NCBI GenBank assembly: GCA_012295275.1
Contig: CM022665.1
Location: 25,978,001 to 26,042,000 of the forward strand
Direction: 5' to 3'
Length of the DNA: 64,000 bases
DNA from: Chrysomallon squamiferum
Taxonomy: Eukaryota; Animalia; Mollusca
The notes beneath the pieces are model-generated. The model worked only from the letters and a program-made list of their open reading frames with translations, was not told the DNA's origin and searched no databases. Positions 42,075-57,095 of the stretch are shown here, in pieces. Position 1 is the first letter of the stretch. The number at the start of each line of letters is the position of its first letter. A program made the position numbers and the translations under genes.

Positions 42075-42440
42075 TATGCAGGATTTAAAGCTATAGAAAA
42101 TAGGATTTAGAGCTATAGAAATTATCATGTTGTTTGTTTGTTTTGTTGGTAATCTGGTGTCGTTTACAGGATTTAGACCTACAGAAAATAGGATGAATAT
42201 CTATAGAAATTATCACTTTTATTTGACATGTTTATAATTTAAAGTTATATACAGGATTTAAATCTAAATAAAATAGGATTGAGATGTTTAGAAAATAGTA
42301 ATAAAAATTTGCACACAGGATTTACATTAATAGAAAATTTATAATTGTTTGTTGTGGAGAAATCCAGAGTTTATACACAGAATATCATATTGTTTGTTAA
42401 ATTGTTTTATACATGATTTAGTGCCATAGAAAATAGTCTT
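42075..42440. repeat. Degenerate tandem repeat with an internal ~21-bp subrepeat
   Basis: AGGATTTA.AGCTATAGAAAAT occurs in pairs within ~85-90-bp units. Confidence 0.7.
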
Positions 42441-42737
42441 TATATCTTTAATTAACCTTATTTAATATTAACAGCCGTTAGAAATCAAATATATCATTTT
42501 TATAAAGTTACCTCAGTCGGCTCTCTACACAATTTACTGTTAGACAGCACTGAAAGAACCAATCAGTGCCTTTGATACAGCAGACGTCGAACAGTCTTTG
42601 GAATGGGTAAAAAAATTCAAAGCATGAACACACGAAGGATTGATCCTGATTTTTATGAAGCCAAAAAACTCCCTCTTGTTACTCAGTTACGTTTGATCTG
42701 GACGTGTTAGAAGACAGATAATACATACGAAAAATAT

Positions 42738-42803
<66 letters not shown>

Positions 42804-42913
42804 TGAATTTTTTTTTAAATGTATAAAAAAATAATAAAACAGCAATAAACACTAACGATAATAACAATACCAACAACAACAACTACAACAACAACAACAA
42901 CAAAAACAATGAC

Positions 42914-42955
<42 letters not shown>

Positions 42956-44490
42956 TTAAAAAAAGTAAGTGATAAATTAAAATGTAAACTGATGCATATC
43001 AATCTTCTAATAAGAAGCGTATATTGAAGAAATGTAATCCACCTGTTAAACGTAAGCCAGCATAACAACACAGTTCAGTGTTTTCCCTTGAATTTTAAAT
43101 AATAAATAATGTTTAGACGTCATCCAATGTTACCGGCATCACTGTCAGACAAAATGCTGATAATGCTTCATAAATTATTTTGCGTTTTAGAATGTCTATT
43201 TACTTGTTTTATACCCCAACGGGATAATAAAAGAAAGTATGTCTAAAATTTGATTTTGCATACCAGTGTCTTTTCTTTTCAACACCGTTTCTTCACAGCA
43301 ATTTTCGATACTCGTATAATTTAAAAGAAAATTTATTTTATAGAAATAAATATTTAATAATAAATATCGAAAACAAATGAAATTGTTAGTTAATAAATCG
43401 TATCGATGTACACGTTGAATTATTAAATACGGTCACCACGTTTATTTCTCAAAAACACAAAAGCGTATTTCAGAATATAAACTTTACATGTTACATGCAT
43501 AAATATATGCACAAATTGAAAAGAAATCAAATCAGACGTAAAATTGCTAGACGACAGTTCCCAAGAAACAAAACAAAACATTCCGATTTTTGTTCTTCTC
43601 TCTTTCATTTCTTGTAATAAATAAATAATGACCGTATTTGACTTCTTGGGTGTTATTGTTTTACGTTGCTTTTAAAAAAAGATAATGAAAATGGAGCTAC
43701 ATAGAGACTGTGTGAATGTATGTCATTTGTCAAAGTCTCGAGTGTTAAATAATAAACCGAAATACTTAATTATTACGATTAGGACAACACCCAGCAACTT
43801 CGATCTGTTAATAACGTAGCTAGCCTAACATACAAATTATTTTCTTCTCTTTCTTCTAACAGTTAAGCAAAAACATTAACAGAACTTTTATTTTTTTATT
43901 TATATATATATTTTTTTTTTTTTTGCTTTTTTAATTTATAAAATTAAACTAAATTATTATTATTATTTATTTTATCATGTTCCAAATATCCAAAGATACT
44001 CGATATATTCCGAGCCGAAACGTACAAAAAAAAAAACTCTTTTAAAATGATAATAATAATCAAATATTTCATGTAATGCTTTTGTTTTATTCTGTCATCT
44101 GCTTTCATCCTAGGAATAATAAGTTATAGGACTAGATTCTAGCAGAATCCCTGAGGCCAAATCAGCGTAACTTAAAGACGCTTGCCCTTTATAATCCGGG
44201 ACTTCCTTTCCTTCGGGAGAGAGTATTTCCTCTTATAGAAACCTGTAACAGACTATGGATTGACCATCCGAAATTTATGTGGAAGTAGCAAAAATCAGGA
44301 AAATAAGATAAAATTTACGCTGAAAAAGCACAGAATTAAAGTTGTACATTTAACTGTATTAAAATTTTTATTTTTATTTTCGATGATAATAATTATGATT
44401 ATTTGTATTAAATTATCATCATAATCATTAATATAATAATAATAATAAAATTATATGTATTAAATTATCATCATCATCGTGATCATCATG

Positions 44491-44522
<32 letters not shown>

Positions 44523-45163
44523 AAAGATTAAAAATTCCATTTAAAATGTCGAAGGTCTAGTATAACAGAAGCGAGATAAAACAGGAAAGTCATTTTATCT
44601 CTCGCGGCAGTAACACGACTTCAAGAAGATATGCAGTGTTGATGGTCCCTGAGCATTCAGTGAAGAAAATCAATTAAAACCCATCCAGCACCCTTGGGAA
44701 TCGTTATGCACCGGATGTTATGATCAAATGGTTTATATCGCATTCCCTGCAAGTGATAGGTGAAGCATGTAAAGTGACTAGTTGGGACTATTTTCTGTTT
44801 AAGTGAAAAGTTTTCTAATGAAGCGGATGCAAAATTCAAATTACGTTTAATGTAATACAGGTTATATATATATATATATTCACACATTCACAGTTCATTT
44901 AGAATTTTAGCCTCATTAATGATAATATAACATAACAATAACGTTGTAGCGAAAAAAAACATTCTATGATCCATAGTTTGATAAGCTGCCGCTATGCGAG
45001 TATGCAAGAAGAATCCGCTAATGGTTTTCATGCTATATTAATAATACAAATTTCATCCATCGTATCAAGTTTAGATTTATGACGTATGATTTTTATAACG
45101 TATTAATCATATATTATTGGATAATGCACTATAGACAGCAAGTCCACAAAACTCGCGCGCGTA

Positions 45164-45208
<45 letters not shown>

Positions 45209-47057
45209 GCGAAATCTTGAAAAGGGCAGTGATCAGGTACAACATTCTGAATTCCATATGAATATGGAAGCAAACAAACTAATTACATTAAGCTTAGAGT
45301 TTTAACTGAAGTCCAGACGTAGTACAGAAAATTAATATCCGCCCATACCCACGCTGGCAAAGGCAGACTTTGTGCTTCTAATCCTGATACGACAAACTAA
45401 TCACAATCATGGTCTAATCTAAATTAGCACTGTTTACCTTTGTATTTATTTGGCACACACCTTCGTGTCTGGCGCTCACATTAGCTGCTATGTTTATTAA
45501 TAATTCGCTTCTTCCTGGAATCTCACCTTCCCATGTTATTTTTTCTTTCTTTCTTTTCTGTAAAGCCAGCGAAACGTTTCACAAACACCTATCAGTTTTC
45601 CTCAGCTTGTCTTTTATTAACATTTCTAACGAAGAGGATGAATGAATAGTTGTAGTAGATGCGGTAGAGCAGCGTCAGAAGTGGTAGCTGTCGCAGTAAA
45701 AGTAGTGGAGGCAAGCAGTAGTAATAATAAGCAGCAGAAAAAAAAAAAGAGAAGAAATTTCCATGCTAACCAAAGCAAGCTGTTTTGAGGACGCCATAAA
45801 CAAACTGAATGTGAATGAGGCTTTTAAAACTGTTTTACAATCTCTTGTATCTAATTTTAACTTCTTAAGTCGGAAAATATGAATATAGTAAGGTTTCAAA
45901 TGAAATTCCCTATGACAAAATGTTTTCAAAACAATAATAATAATATGAAGAAGAGCAACAACATCAATAATAATATAAATAAATACATTTTATGAAATTA
46001 TTAGTTGCTAGACAGAAGGGTCATGGACGAAGCTAACCGGTATGAACCAAGGCAGCCAAATGTGACGATAATTACTTTAGGTGAATATGCCATGGCTCAG
46101 AAGAAGTATTGATCTGAGCAAAATGTCAAGTCTGTTTCAGATTCGTGTCAAACACACCTGACATTATATTTTTAGTAATAGCAATACATCACAAATGAAC
46201 TACTAGCCCAGAGAACCGCTTTGCTAATAATAAACGCTTCTCGATAATTGGTAATTAAAATCGGTGGAAATTTTTCGTATCGTCAGTCGCTCTGAAATTT
46301 ATTATCGTTTGAATTCAAATGTTTTCTCAATGATGTATGATGTGTGTTGTTTTATTACTTTCCGCTTTGGGTTATATATATATAAATATATATATATTAA
46401 AGAAAAGAAAAAATGTATCGTTATCTTTCAGAATATGGACCATCACACAAAATTATAACAGGTTAAGAAAGTAATAACTGCAGTATTTAATTCTTTATTA
46501 ACTTTTAAAGACTGTGATATTTATTTATTTATTTATTTATTTATTGTTGTTGTTGTTATTATTATTGAACGTTTATTAATATTTTATCATTAACACATTA
46601 TATAAATATTTGGTGTCGATATAGGAATAAAGGTTAGATATACACATTGATATATAATTTTTTTTATCAAATTATTATTATTATTAATTTAGATTATCTA
46701 TAATATCAAAGTCTAATATATCTGGGATTAATTTTTTCGGATTAATTAAAAGGAACGAATCCAATTTATTTATTTAGCAAAAAAAGGCCTTTCTTTATTT
46801 ATTTTTATTTTTTTATTTTTTTATCGCAAGAAGCATTTATTTACTGCTGACATCAATACAACATTCTTATTACATCAGAAATTGGATCCAAAGGCGAGAA
46901 AATGACTGGCAGGACTATGACTTGAAGTTATGCAGCCAGCCAGAATTTCCCGCAGATTTAATTAACACCTCAGTTGTGGTAATACACTTTTTAATTAATC
47001 TAGAAAACTGACATGTGTAGTTTTTAACGGATAGCGATTTACAAAGATTGAGAGTTT

Positions 47058-47107
<50 letters not shown>

Positions 47108-48699
47108 ATAAATAATTTATTAGGTTTATCTATAACTAAAAATATTAGGTTTAAAAAAAAAAAAAAGGTGTTAAATGCCAGTTAAACTGAATATCGTAGT
47201 ATATAAATTAATTACGTAAGTGATTCTTTATGCAAAAAAATTAAAATAAAGAAAGTAAAAATGATGTTTTCGAAGATTTTCGGAGATATCTATAACGGAA
47301 TGTACAAATCTTTGTGTAAATAAAATGTATTTATTTGTTTATTTTTTTTATTTTTTATTTTTTGGATGTTATTTTTACTCCATGTATCATCCTTAACCAT
47401 AATTTTGACTTATATAATCATAATTAAAAAAGAGCACATTAAATAAAAGCACGTTAAGTTACATTAAGTAACTTATGCTTATAAAATTAAAACAGAAAGA
47501 CATAAAGAAAATACACTGATGCAAAAAAATCATGTGGTAAATAAAATTTTAAAAAAAGTGAGTAATATTAAAATATAGCAGTAATAAAAATAATGTTTAA
47601 AAACAACAACAGTAACGACCTTGACGTAACATTCCCGCATTACGTTTCGAACTCACTGGATAGATGAGCGAAAGTGATGACTTGCAAATGGACAAACTCT
47701 ACAGACGAATTATCAGTTTCGTTTCTGGCAGACTATGCAGAAATATCCACTAATCAATGACGATGGTGTTTTATTGTTCTTGATGTGTGAAGCATGCAGT
47801 GATTGGCAGTATTAATGACACCGCGCTGTGGCTGCATATTATTAGTAATAACAAAGGTGTCATGTGCTCTCCTCAGCCAAGGTTAAATAACAATTAATAC
47901 GACAAATTACAAGGAATAATCTGTCACGCAGAGATGCTTGGAAAAACAGGATACTCGCATTAAAAAAAAAAAAATAATAATAATAATAATAATAATATTA
48001 AATAAATAATGTTCAATAAATTTCGTAAAGTATATTTAGATGAACTGTTTTGAAAAAAAAAAAAAAAAAAAAAAATTATGATAAAATAAATAAATAAATA
48101 TATAAAATAAAATAAAATAAAATAAAATAAAATAAAATAAAAATGAATGAAAGAAAATGAATGATGGAAAAATGAAATAGAAGAGAGAAAAAGTAAAGAA
48201 CGAAAAATTCGTAAAATCACAATGAAAAAATTTCGGAAAAAATACAGTTAAGGAAAAAAAAACGAAAAAAATATATAAATAAATTTAAAAAAAAAAAGTT
48301 GAAAGAATTTAAAAATTACAACAATAAAAACCTAAAATGAAATAAAAATATAAAAGAGTATCGAATCATTATTTATTTAATATCCGGTATAATTAGTGTT
48401 CTGTAAACTGTCCTGTTTTTTTTCACGTCTTATTTTTAGCAGTGTTAATGAAGTTTATAAAAATAAAAATAGATTTATTATCGACGTTAAAAATGGCTTA
48501 CTGCTCAACATTAATTAACATAAACCTTTACACAGTTATATGAACGTGAAAAAATGATACAAATAATAAAAATGTTATCTGAATATTGCTTTTATCACAA
48601 GAAAATTTGTTTAAGCAAATACTACTATTAAGGGCAATGATAATATTAATATTAGGAGTAATATTTAGCAGCAACAACAGTAATAATAACAGTAGTAAA

Positions 48700-49420
48700 A
48701 CACCACCACCACCACTACAACTACCATTACCACTACTTCTACCACTACCACCACCACTACCACCACCATCACCACCACCACTAACACTACCACTAACACT
48801 AACACCACCACCACCACCACTACCACTACCACTACCACTACCACTAACACTAACACTAACACTAACACTACCACTACCACTACCACTACCACTACCACTA
48901 CCACCACCACCACCACCACCACCACCACCACCACCACCACCACCACCACTAACACTAACACTACCACTACCACCACCACTACCTCTACCACTACCACTAC
49001 CACTACCACTACCACTACCACTACCACTACCACTACCACTACCACTACCACTACCACTACCACTACCACTACCACTACCACTACCTCTACCATTACCACC
49101 ACCACAACCACCACCACTACGACCCCACTACCACCACCACCACTACCACCACCACCACCACTATAACTACCACTATCATCACAATCACCACCACTACCAC
49201 TACCCACCACTACCACTACCACTACCACTACCACTACCACTACCACTACCACTACCATTACCATTACCACCACCACAACCACCACCACTACGACCACCAC
49301 CACTACCACCACCACCACTACCACCACCACTATAACTACCACTATCATCACAATCACCACCACTACCACTACCACTACCACTACCACTACCATTACCATT
49401 ACCACCACCACCACTGCCAC
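48700..49420. repeat. Compound (CCA)n/(CTACCA)n/(CTAACA)n microsatellite with an internal ~170-bp duplication
   Basis: Read directly. CTATAACTACCACTATCATCACAATCACC occurs at about 49161 and 49330. Confidence 0.95.
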
Positions 49421-50204
49421 ACCAAAAACTTCAACGACAATAAAACTAGAGCAATATTTATCGATAAAAATAATAATTTTTTCTTATAAACCAACGAAGA
49501 AAAAAAGATCAAACTGTTTTTAATTTAAACAAAAAATTTATATATATATATATATATATAAAATCAAACGTTTGTGCAACAGATGCATAAAATAAATATT
49601 GTTCAGCAAGCTCGATTTTAATATCAAAGGTGACCGTTGAATAAATATTTATTTATGAAAAATTTACAAGATAGATTACAGATTAATTTTTATATCTGTT
49701 ATAAGCTGTCGTAATTTTATACATTATTTCAGTTGAATAACATAAGAAAAGCGATATTCTCTGTATATCTGTAAATAAATAAATAAATAAATAAATAAAA
49801 GCGCGCGCGCAACACAAATGCAAGCATATGCTGTATTGCAAAAATAATCATTACGTACAGAAGACCTTCCAATTTTTATTTTTATTTTTATTTTAAATGA
49901 GTGAATGAATGTGTATTAATTTTATTATTTAAATGGTTAGTAGATGTCACAGACACAAACACATGTACACACTCGCACAACTCGAAAATGGAAAATTTTC
50001 ATTATGGAAATCTAAAAAGTACGCCCTCGTTAAAAAAGAAAAGAAAAAAGGAAACATAAATTTAAATTAAATTAAACACATTAAAACAAAACAAAACAAA
50101 CAAACAAATCATATAATAAAATAAAGGAATCAAGGAATCAACTTGGCAGTAAAGCTGTTATTTATTTATTTATTAATTAATTAATTTATTTATTAGAAGA
50201 AAAC

Positions 50205-50212
<8 letters not shown>

Positions 50213-50275
<63 letters not shown>
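50213..50275. repeat. (GA)n microsatellite
   Basis: Read directly. Confidence 0.95.
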
Positions 50276-50279
<4 letters not shown>

Positions 50280-51676
50280 AAAAAAAAGACGTTAAATAAT
50301 TAATGCTGACAAAAGATAAAAACCCTAAAATATTTATGTGTGGTGAATGATATTTGTTTTGTCGGAAGACGCCTGTCGTAAATGAGTACGAATGAGAGCA
50401 ATAAAATGTTATTTAAAAGTAATTAAGCATTGTCAGTTCATTACACACAGGTGTAACACCTGTTTTCTTCATTTTGTTATAGAATGAGAATTCAAGACTC
50501 TGTTACTGTTTCATTTTATATTAGCTATTTGAGTGAAGTGGAGAAGGAGAAAGAGCAAAAAAAACAACAACAAAAAACAAGAAAACAAACAAAAGAACAA
50601 CAAAGAAACTTAGAGTTAGAGTCAAAGAGAGAAAGAGTCTAAAAACAATAACATTTTATTCAAAACTGTACATAAACATGAATTTTAAACTATTATTACT
50701 ATTATTCGAACCTAAATTGTAAAATTATTCTAAAATACAAAGAATACATGTGCAAAACAACATAATTTATTTTCATAAATCATAAAATTATACGAAAACA
50801 GTTGTTTTCAAAACACTGAGTAAAACAGTCGTTTCTTTATCACTAATCAGGCTTAAATATTAATTCTAATGATTTTTATTTTTTACTTTTGGTGCAAAGC
50901 ATTCCTGCTTCACATGTTATTGTTGGTATGTTTTTATTTAGCAAGATATTAGATCTTGGACAAATATGGAACTCTTGTACTCTAGGAATGCTGAATATGA
51001 ATTTACTTTCCTGAACACCACGGGAAACTTGCTTCAGATTATTACTAGCACCGCCTTTGAAGTGCAAAGTCTTGGAACAGTGACTAAAGATATTAAGGAA
51101 GAAATTCATTACAGACTCCGAGTGAAAGAGAAAATTCTTCAGTCTCCTCTCGCTTATTATCTCAGTTCATCGTCGAGTATCATTCTGACCTCGCGGGTCA
51201 GTCTTCAAATAAGTAATGTGATTTCACATTCACAGACACAATACAATGACTGGGATCGGCCGGACTCCAAAGGTTGTGGATGAGCCGTTTATTCGTCAAG
51301 GGAATTTCAATAAAAACCACTGAAACCTACCAATCTCTTCCGATAAAAGATCACCATGAAGAGCGCGGATAGTCGTTCTGATTACCGGAGAAGCAGTGGA
51401 GATGATCGTTGGCAACAGGTGCCTCGTTTTTGCGAAGTTCTTTCAGTGAGGACATACAACAAGGTAGCAGTGGAGGGTGGTAAATCATAATGGCTGAAAA
51501 TGTGTAATCGTGTCATAATGGAGAGTGTGTTGACGGTTCTATTCCCATCCATCGTGTTAATAAGCAGATGTAAGCATAAATGTAAAATGTAATAAACAGA
51601 TGTTCATTAACACGTAGGACTAAAAACCGGATCGACGCGTGACAGAACTCGTAATGAAAATGTTTAATTATGTTGA

Positions 51677-51684
51677 AGAGAGAG

Positions 51685-51770
<86 letters not shown>
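51677..51770. repeat. (GA)n microsatellite
   Basis: Read directly. Confidence 0.95.
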
Positions 51771-51775
<5 letters not shown>

Positions 51776-54700
51776 ACAACATAAAGAACACAAAATGATA
51801 CAGAAAAGGTGATGGGAGCATCAAGCAGGTTTCATAATCCTTTTATTTGAGAGAGTACGAGATTGCTTGCAGACTAAAGATGGCGTCTAAAAAGCTGTTT
51901 GAAGGCAAGCGGCGTGCAGTATGTTTGTAATTGCGTATTAGTGCATTTCTGCTAGCAAAGGACAAGTCAGTGCGCTCGATTCCTAGCCACAGGCAACTCG
52001 TTTTTACATCGTGTTTTAACAACCTGCAGGGGCCTTGTCATATTAAGCGGCAGTTACATATTTTGTATTTGTTAACATCTGTTACAGTATGGCTGCATCC
52101 ACTGGACACCTTTATCTGACTAACCTACTAACTCACTAACACAGCTCCGTGAACTTCAGTGCAGTGTCATCGATTGTTAATGATAAGGAAATGAAAGTTA
52201 AAGTTTGTTCTTAGCTTATAGAAAGATTATTGGTATTAATGTGTAACAGAAAAAAAAATGGAGAGACAAACAGACTGACAGAAGGACACGAAATAAATTT
52301 AAAAAAAATACTATTATTTACATGGTCTGCCATTTTTAGAAGACCAGACAAAAAGTTAACTAACCTTCTTTAATCCTGTCTGCATTTCAAAAAAATAAAA
52401 AAATAAAAAAAATTAATAATAATAATAATAATAATCGGAAAAACGGAGATTTAAAGAAAAAAATGTCGAAGAAAGAGAGAGAAAAAAGAGTAAATAAGAT
52501 TTTGAAACGTCGGCGTCTTTTTAAACACTTTTCACAGATCAATTGGAAAACCAAACAGAATGTTCTTCTTCCAATTTCCCTCATTAGTACTTGTGTTCCA
52601 GATGACATTTCTCTTTGCCAACCTGCACTGTAAAGCCAGACGTCTGCTAATGGGATATCTGGGTACTTTACAACCGGAAAATGCACATTTGCCATCGTCT
52701 GAGGAAGAAAGGACAGTTTTGTCACCTAAAACCAGAAGCTGCAATTTGGTCTCTAGTAAATGATCTTTACGGACATCCAGACTGATAAAAGTTAACGACC
52801 ATTACTCTGAAAGAGAGGGGGAATTTATGAAAATTACGCATCTGAACATTCCTAGCTGTAAAGCTCTGAAGGTCGAATTGAGGACGAGCTTGTTGGTTTT
52901 ATTTAGCACAAAGTTCAAACAGAAATAGGTTCTGCTTGATTTGAAGAAGCCTTTTTTTCATACAAATACGCACAGATTAATCGGTGTGATCTAAAAACCC
53001 AGTGACCAGCATACAGCATGACTGTTATCTGAATTAGTGTTTATAAAAGCTTATACAAACGTCACTGGGTAGAAATCACTGATCATTTATATCAAATATC
53101 CTTAAAAGATAAGATTTAATTTAAGTCCTGGTTTTGATATTTAAAGCGTCGTAACACTTATGATAATGAACTGATCATATGGATATCAAAAATACTATAT
53201 ATCTATGGATTTAAAATCACAGAAATCCCATGAAAACAAACGAAGATGTTACGCAACAGGGATTTATATATAGCATCTAACATGCAAATAAAGGAGAAGA
53301 AAGCTGGTTGCTTTTGCAAGATCGTTCTTGTAATTCTGTAAAAAAAAAACACCTGTATTTTCTTTTTCTTTTCAAAGTTAAATACTTAACCCACAATAAT
53401 TTTGTACAAAACCACACACAACACAAACAGCCACACATACACACACAGACCCGTCACGTACACACAACATACAACAAACGCACACATGCAACCTGAAACA
53501 ATAACAAAATGTAAGCAAAGACAGAGATATTATAATATTACAATCATACATAACAGAATGCGTGGAGAGTTATTCAGTTTTCTCTGTTAAAATAGTTATC
53601 TGAAAAAAAAAATGCCGAGAATGACTAATTACGTTGGTTTGTTTTATACACAAAACTACAATTAACAGAATCAAGGCAATTAGGAGAATTAATTACGATT
53701 TAAAAATTATGAAATGTTTTCTTGTTGTTTATTTGAAGCTGTAACAAAATTATATCTTATTGCATTATATTAAGAAAATGTATGCTGAACCGTATTAAAA
53801 AATTTAATTATAACTTTAATCCAGCTGCAAAAATTAATAAACATGTTTATAGTCAACATTTTCTTCGTGTTTTTTTTATTACCAGGAGAACTGCAAATAA
53901 ATAAACAAGGTACAGCAAGCTATGAAAAATAGGTTAATTTAATGCCCAAACACGTGACTGGATATCCAGGCAACCTGTCTTTGATTTGAGACTAAAAGAA
54001 AATGAAAAAAAATAAAACGATGTCTGGTTGATGCTTATCAGTCTTTCTTTTATGTTTTAGAAAACAAGAAAAAATTCGATTACTACCCACCCCCTTCCAT
54101 GCAAACGAGGTTCCTTGGTCGGCTTCATCAACGTCCTCTGTCATCTTTGCGACATCTTCGGCACTGTCACTGAGTAATCGGTTTGAGTTATCCGACGACG
54201 GTAACTCAATTCCATGTTAATTGGTCAGACGGCTTGCACGCGAGTGTTACGTTTGCGCTGCCACTCGGAGCCCCATCGCCACGAGCGATATATTTTCACT
54301 GTATCTCCACGGTTATTGCCAGAAAGAAATGCCGGCTTCCCAATCAATACGGGGTCATGCAGAGCGGCCCCTAGAGACCGCGTAGCAGCAAAGCAGTAGT
54401 GCTGAAGGCATACAATCTCAACAAATATGTATATTGAGGCAAACTCATTATTCATGTTTAGAACTTTGCTCCCCAAAACTAAGACAGTTACGATCAATAA
54501 AAGATCAACAAGTTGAATCAGAAGTCGGATCTCCATGGCAACACCTTGGAATCTGTTGGTGGTACGCAGAACGAGTATGTTTCACTGGATGTCCACTTTG
54601 TATACAACAGTTTGTTTTGGGAGACGCATTAAAACGGTACAGCTGCATGTGACAATATTAAAATGTCGTAGTCAACCCTTCTGGTCATTTACTCCGACGT

Positions 54701-55501
54701 ACCGAGACAAGAAACAAAAATTACTTTGCTGTTTTATTTTAGTGTGTGTATATTTTACAAGCAGTCATGTTATTCAGTATTTCTAGATATTAAGGTTTAT
54801 TCAAGCGAAATGATTTTCGTCGTTATTTATTTTCTACGTGAATATCACTGACGACGTAAGAGCAGCTAGTCTGTAATGGCATTCTAATCAGAATTCCTGC
54901 CTCTGTTTTACGATTGTGTCTGTACCCAAGAGATACGTTCTGAATTAAGAAAATATTCGGGGAATCTTTTTATATTTTCTTGGGATTCTTTATGCCTTAT
55001 TCCACACTGCAGGTTAAGTTGTTCTAAATGATACACATTCTGATTTATGATAATGTATCACGTCAAACAAATAAATTTCATCTGTGGCTATAAATCTTAT
55101 TGGTTTTCTATATAAAAAAATTATTTTGCAACATCAGATGAGGTTAAAGAATTCTATCGTAAGCAAACAAAAAAACCTCTCTATTCTCCTCAGAGATAAA
55201 TGAATATACATTCATAAAATTGAATTTATTTTTCATTTATTTATTTTTTTGTTTGATTGCTTTTAATTTATTTGTTTATTTTTTTTGTTGTTGTTTTATT
55301 TTATTTTATTTTTATTACTTTGTTGTTGTTGTTATTGCAGATATATATTAACACCAGCAACAAAAGGAAATTTACATATTAACTTAATTTGGATTAACTA
55401 TTATATCATATGTTCTTTATATCGATTATTAAAAACGTGAATAATAACATGCTGTTTTGTAAACTGTAAACAACTTGTTCTAAGAGAATTTCAGCACACA
55501 G

Positions 55502-55545
<44 letters not shown>

Positions 55546-56279
55546 TACATAGACACAGAGCACATATTCATGCATACATATATACAAACACAGACACACA
55601 TAGACGCATGTACCCGCGCCTGTTCTATATTGCACCACAAAGTCGCATACATCAGCACACGGATTAAACTTGAAAGCAAGAAATTAGTCGATGCTCTAAA
55701 CATCAGCACGGTACCCGAAAATCTATACAAGTGAGGCCGCCATAATTAACAAATTACCAGTCTCTTGTGGTCAACATTTTGCCAGCAAGAACTTCATAGA
55801 ATAGCCGACGTGATTGCAAAGGTGTTGCATCATTTGCTGAGTGGCAAAGTTCGCAAAACCATTTACATAGATGTTTTTCATGTTTTACAGCTATAACCAA
55901 TCCATTTTTTGCTTTTAATAAATTTAGGAGTCTCGAGAACGTACTTACTTTTTCGGATAATCGTGATGCTTTTAAAAGATATACTGATTTGGGGCGTTGT
56001 TATTTTGGTTATTTCAGTTAAAGGATCGAACATTCTTATATTGAAATGTAGGAGCATGATAATCATCCTCCTCCAGCTGTCATTTAGCACAGCTGATGCA
56101 ACAAAATTAAAAACATTATTAAAATTGATTTATAACAAGAACAACAGCTACAACAGCAAAATAATAATAATAATAATAATTATTATTATTATTATTATTA
56201 GTAGTAGTAGTAGTAGTAGTAGCAGCAGTTTAGAATATGTATCAGGACCTCCATATTTCTTGGAATAAATAGTTTACAA

Positions 56280-56840
56280 TCAGCAGCTGCGGGTCTCAGC
56301 GCCTCAAAGCTGTATCCATTGTTTCTCTCTCGTCTTTCTGTAGCAGTTTAACATCTCGATTGACAGATCCTGAACCGGCAACAAGGTTCTGACTGGACCC
56401 ATATATGTTATTACTTTGTCACCGAGGTCTTGCTCATTTCTTAGAACATTCATCAGTGTTCATTTGAGGCAGACCGCCAAGGAACATTCGAAACAGACCG
56501 TCATGTGTTTATACGAAGTAGACAGTAGGTTTTTACTAAGCAGACGGTGAAAGTTTCGTAGAAAAGACACCGTCAAGACTTCATACGAAGCAGAGATGGA
56601 TGGAACACTCAAAAGCCGAGGGTGACCATTGTAATTGTCCTCAAAGACATCCAGTACAGGCTGTTGCTCTTTATCAAGATACCAGTTGCGAACTTAAATT
56701 GCTCCACCTGTACACGGTTCAGGGGCAGACACTGGTGACGGAATCACTGCAGATTATATCCTCAGCTCTGGTGATGCAGCTTGGTCATCGTGTAGTCAGT
56801 CTGCTGACCGAAGTCATTCACTTTATCAGCGGAGTAACTT
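56280..56840 (-). mobile_element. Possible decayed non-LTR retrotransposon fragment
   Basis: GC-richer unique block. The minus strand gives PLNRVQVEQFKF (cf. LEQVxxFKYLG) and TREKQWIQL near the 3' end, next to a trinucleotide microsatellite tail. There is no intact ORF. Confidence 0.25.
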
Positions 56841-57009
56841 AATTAACCGGTCTCTCATTGTAACCTGATTAACTAGCCTGTCTGTGCCTCTAATGAGAGC
56901 AGCTTAACAGGATAAATCTGTTAAAATAGGATATAGGTGGGAATAGTAAAACAACGTTTGCATTTCTAGACGACCCTTGGACGATGGTTTCTGACCATGT
57001 TGCGAACAG

Positions 57010-57095
57010 CGAGTGATTTATGTCAGGGTGACATTTGGAGAGTGATTTATGTTAGGGTGATGACGTTTGGAGTGTGATTTACATTAGGGTGACAA
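57010..57095. repeat. ~30-bp tandem repeat, 3 copies
   Basis: GAGTGATTTATGTYAGGGTGA...TTTG units. Confidence 0.8.

Noticed and set aside
48586-49420. 249-aa Pro-rich (extensin/formin-like) and 251-aa poly-Val ORFs
   Set aside because: They come from (CCA)/(CTACCA) microsatellites that lack stops; non-ATG starts and no splice support.
50966-51283. 105-aa ORF with a faint LINE RT C-terminal resemblance (SLGTVTKDIKEEIHYRL)
   Set aside because: The similarity is too weak to call without a profile search.
56161-56198. 38-bp perfect palindrome
   Set aside because: Simply adjacent (ATA)n and (TAT)n microsatellites.
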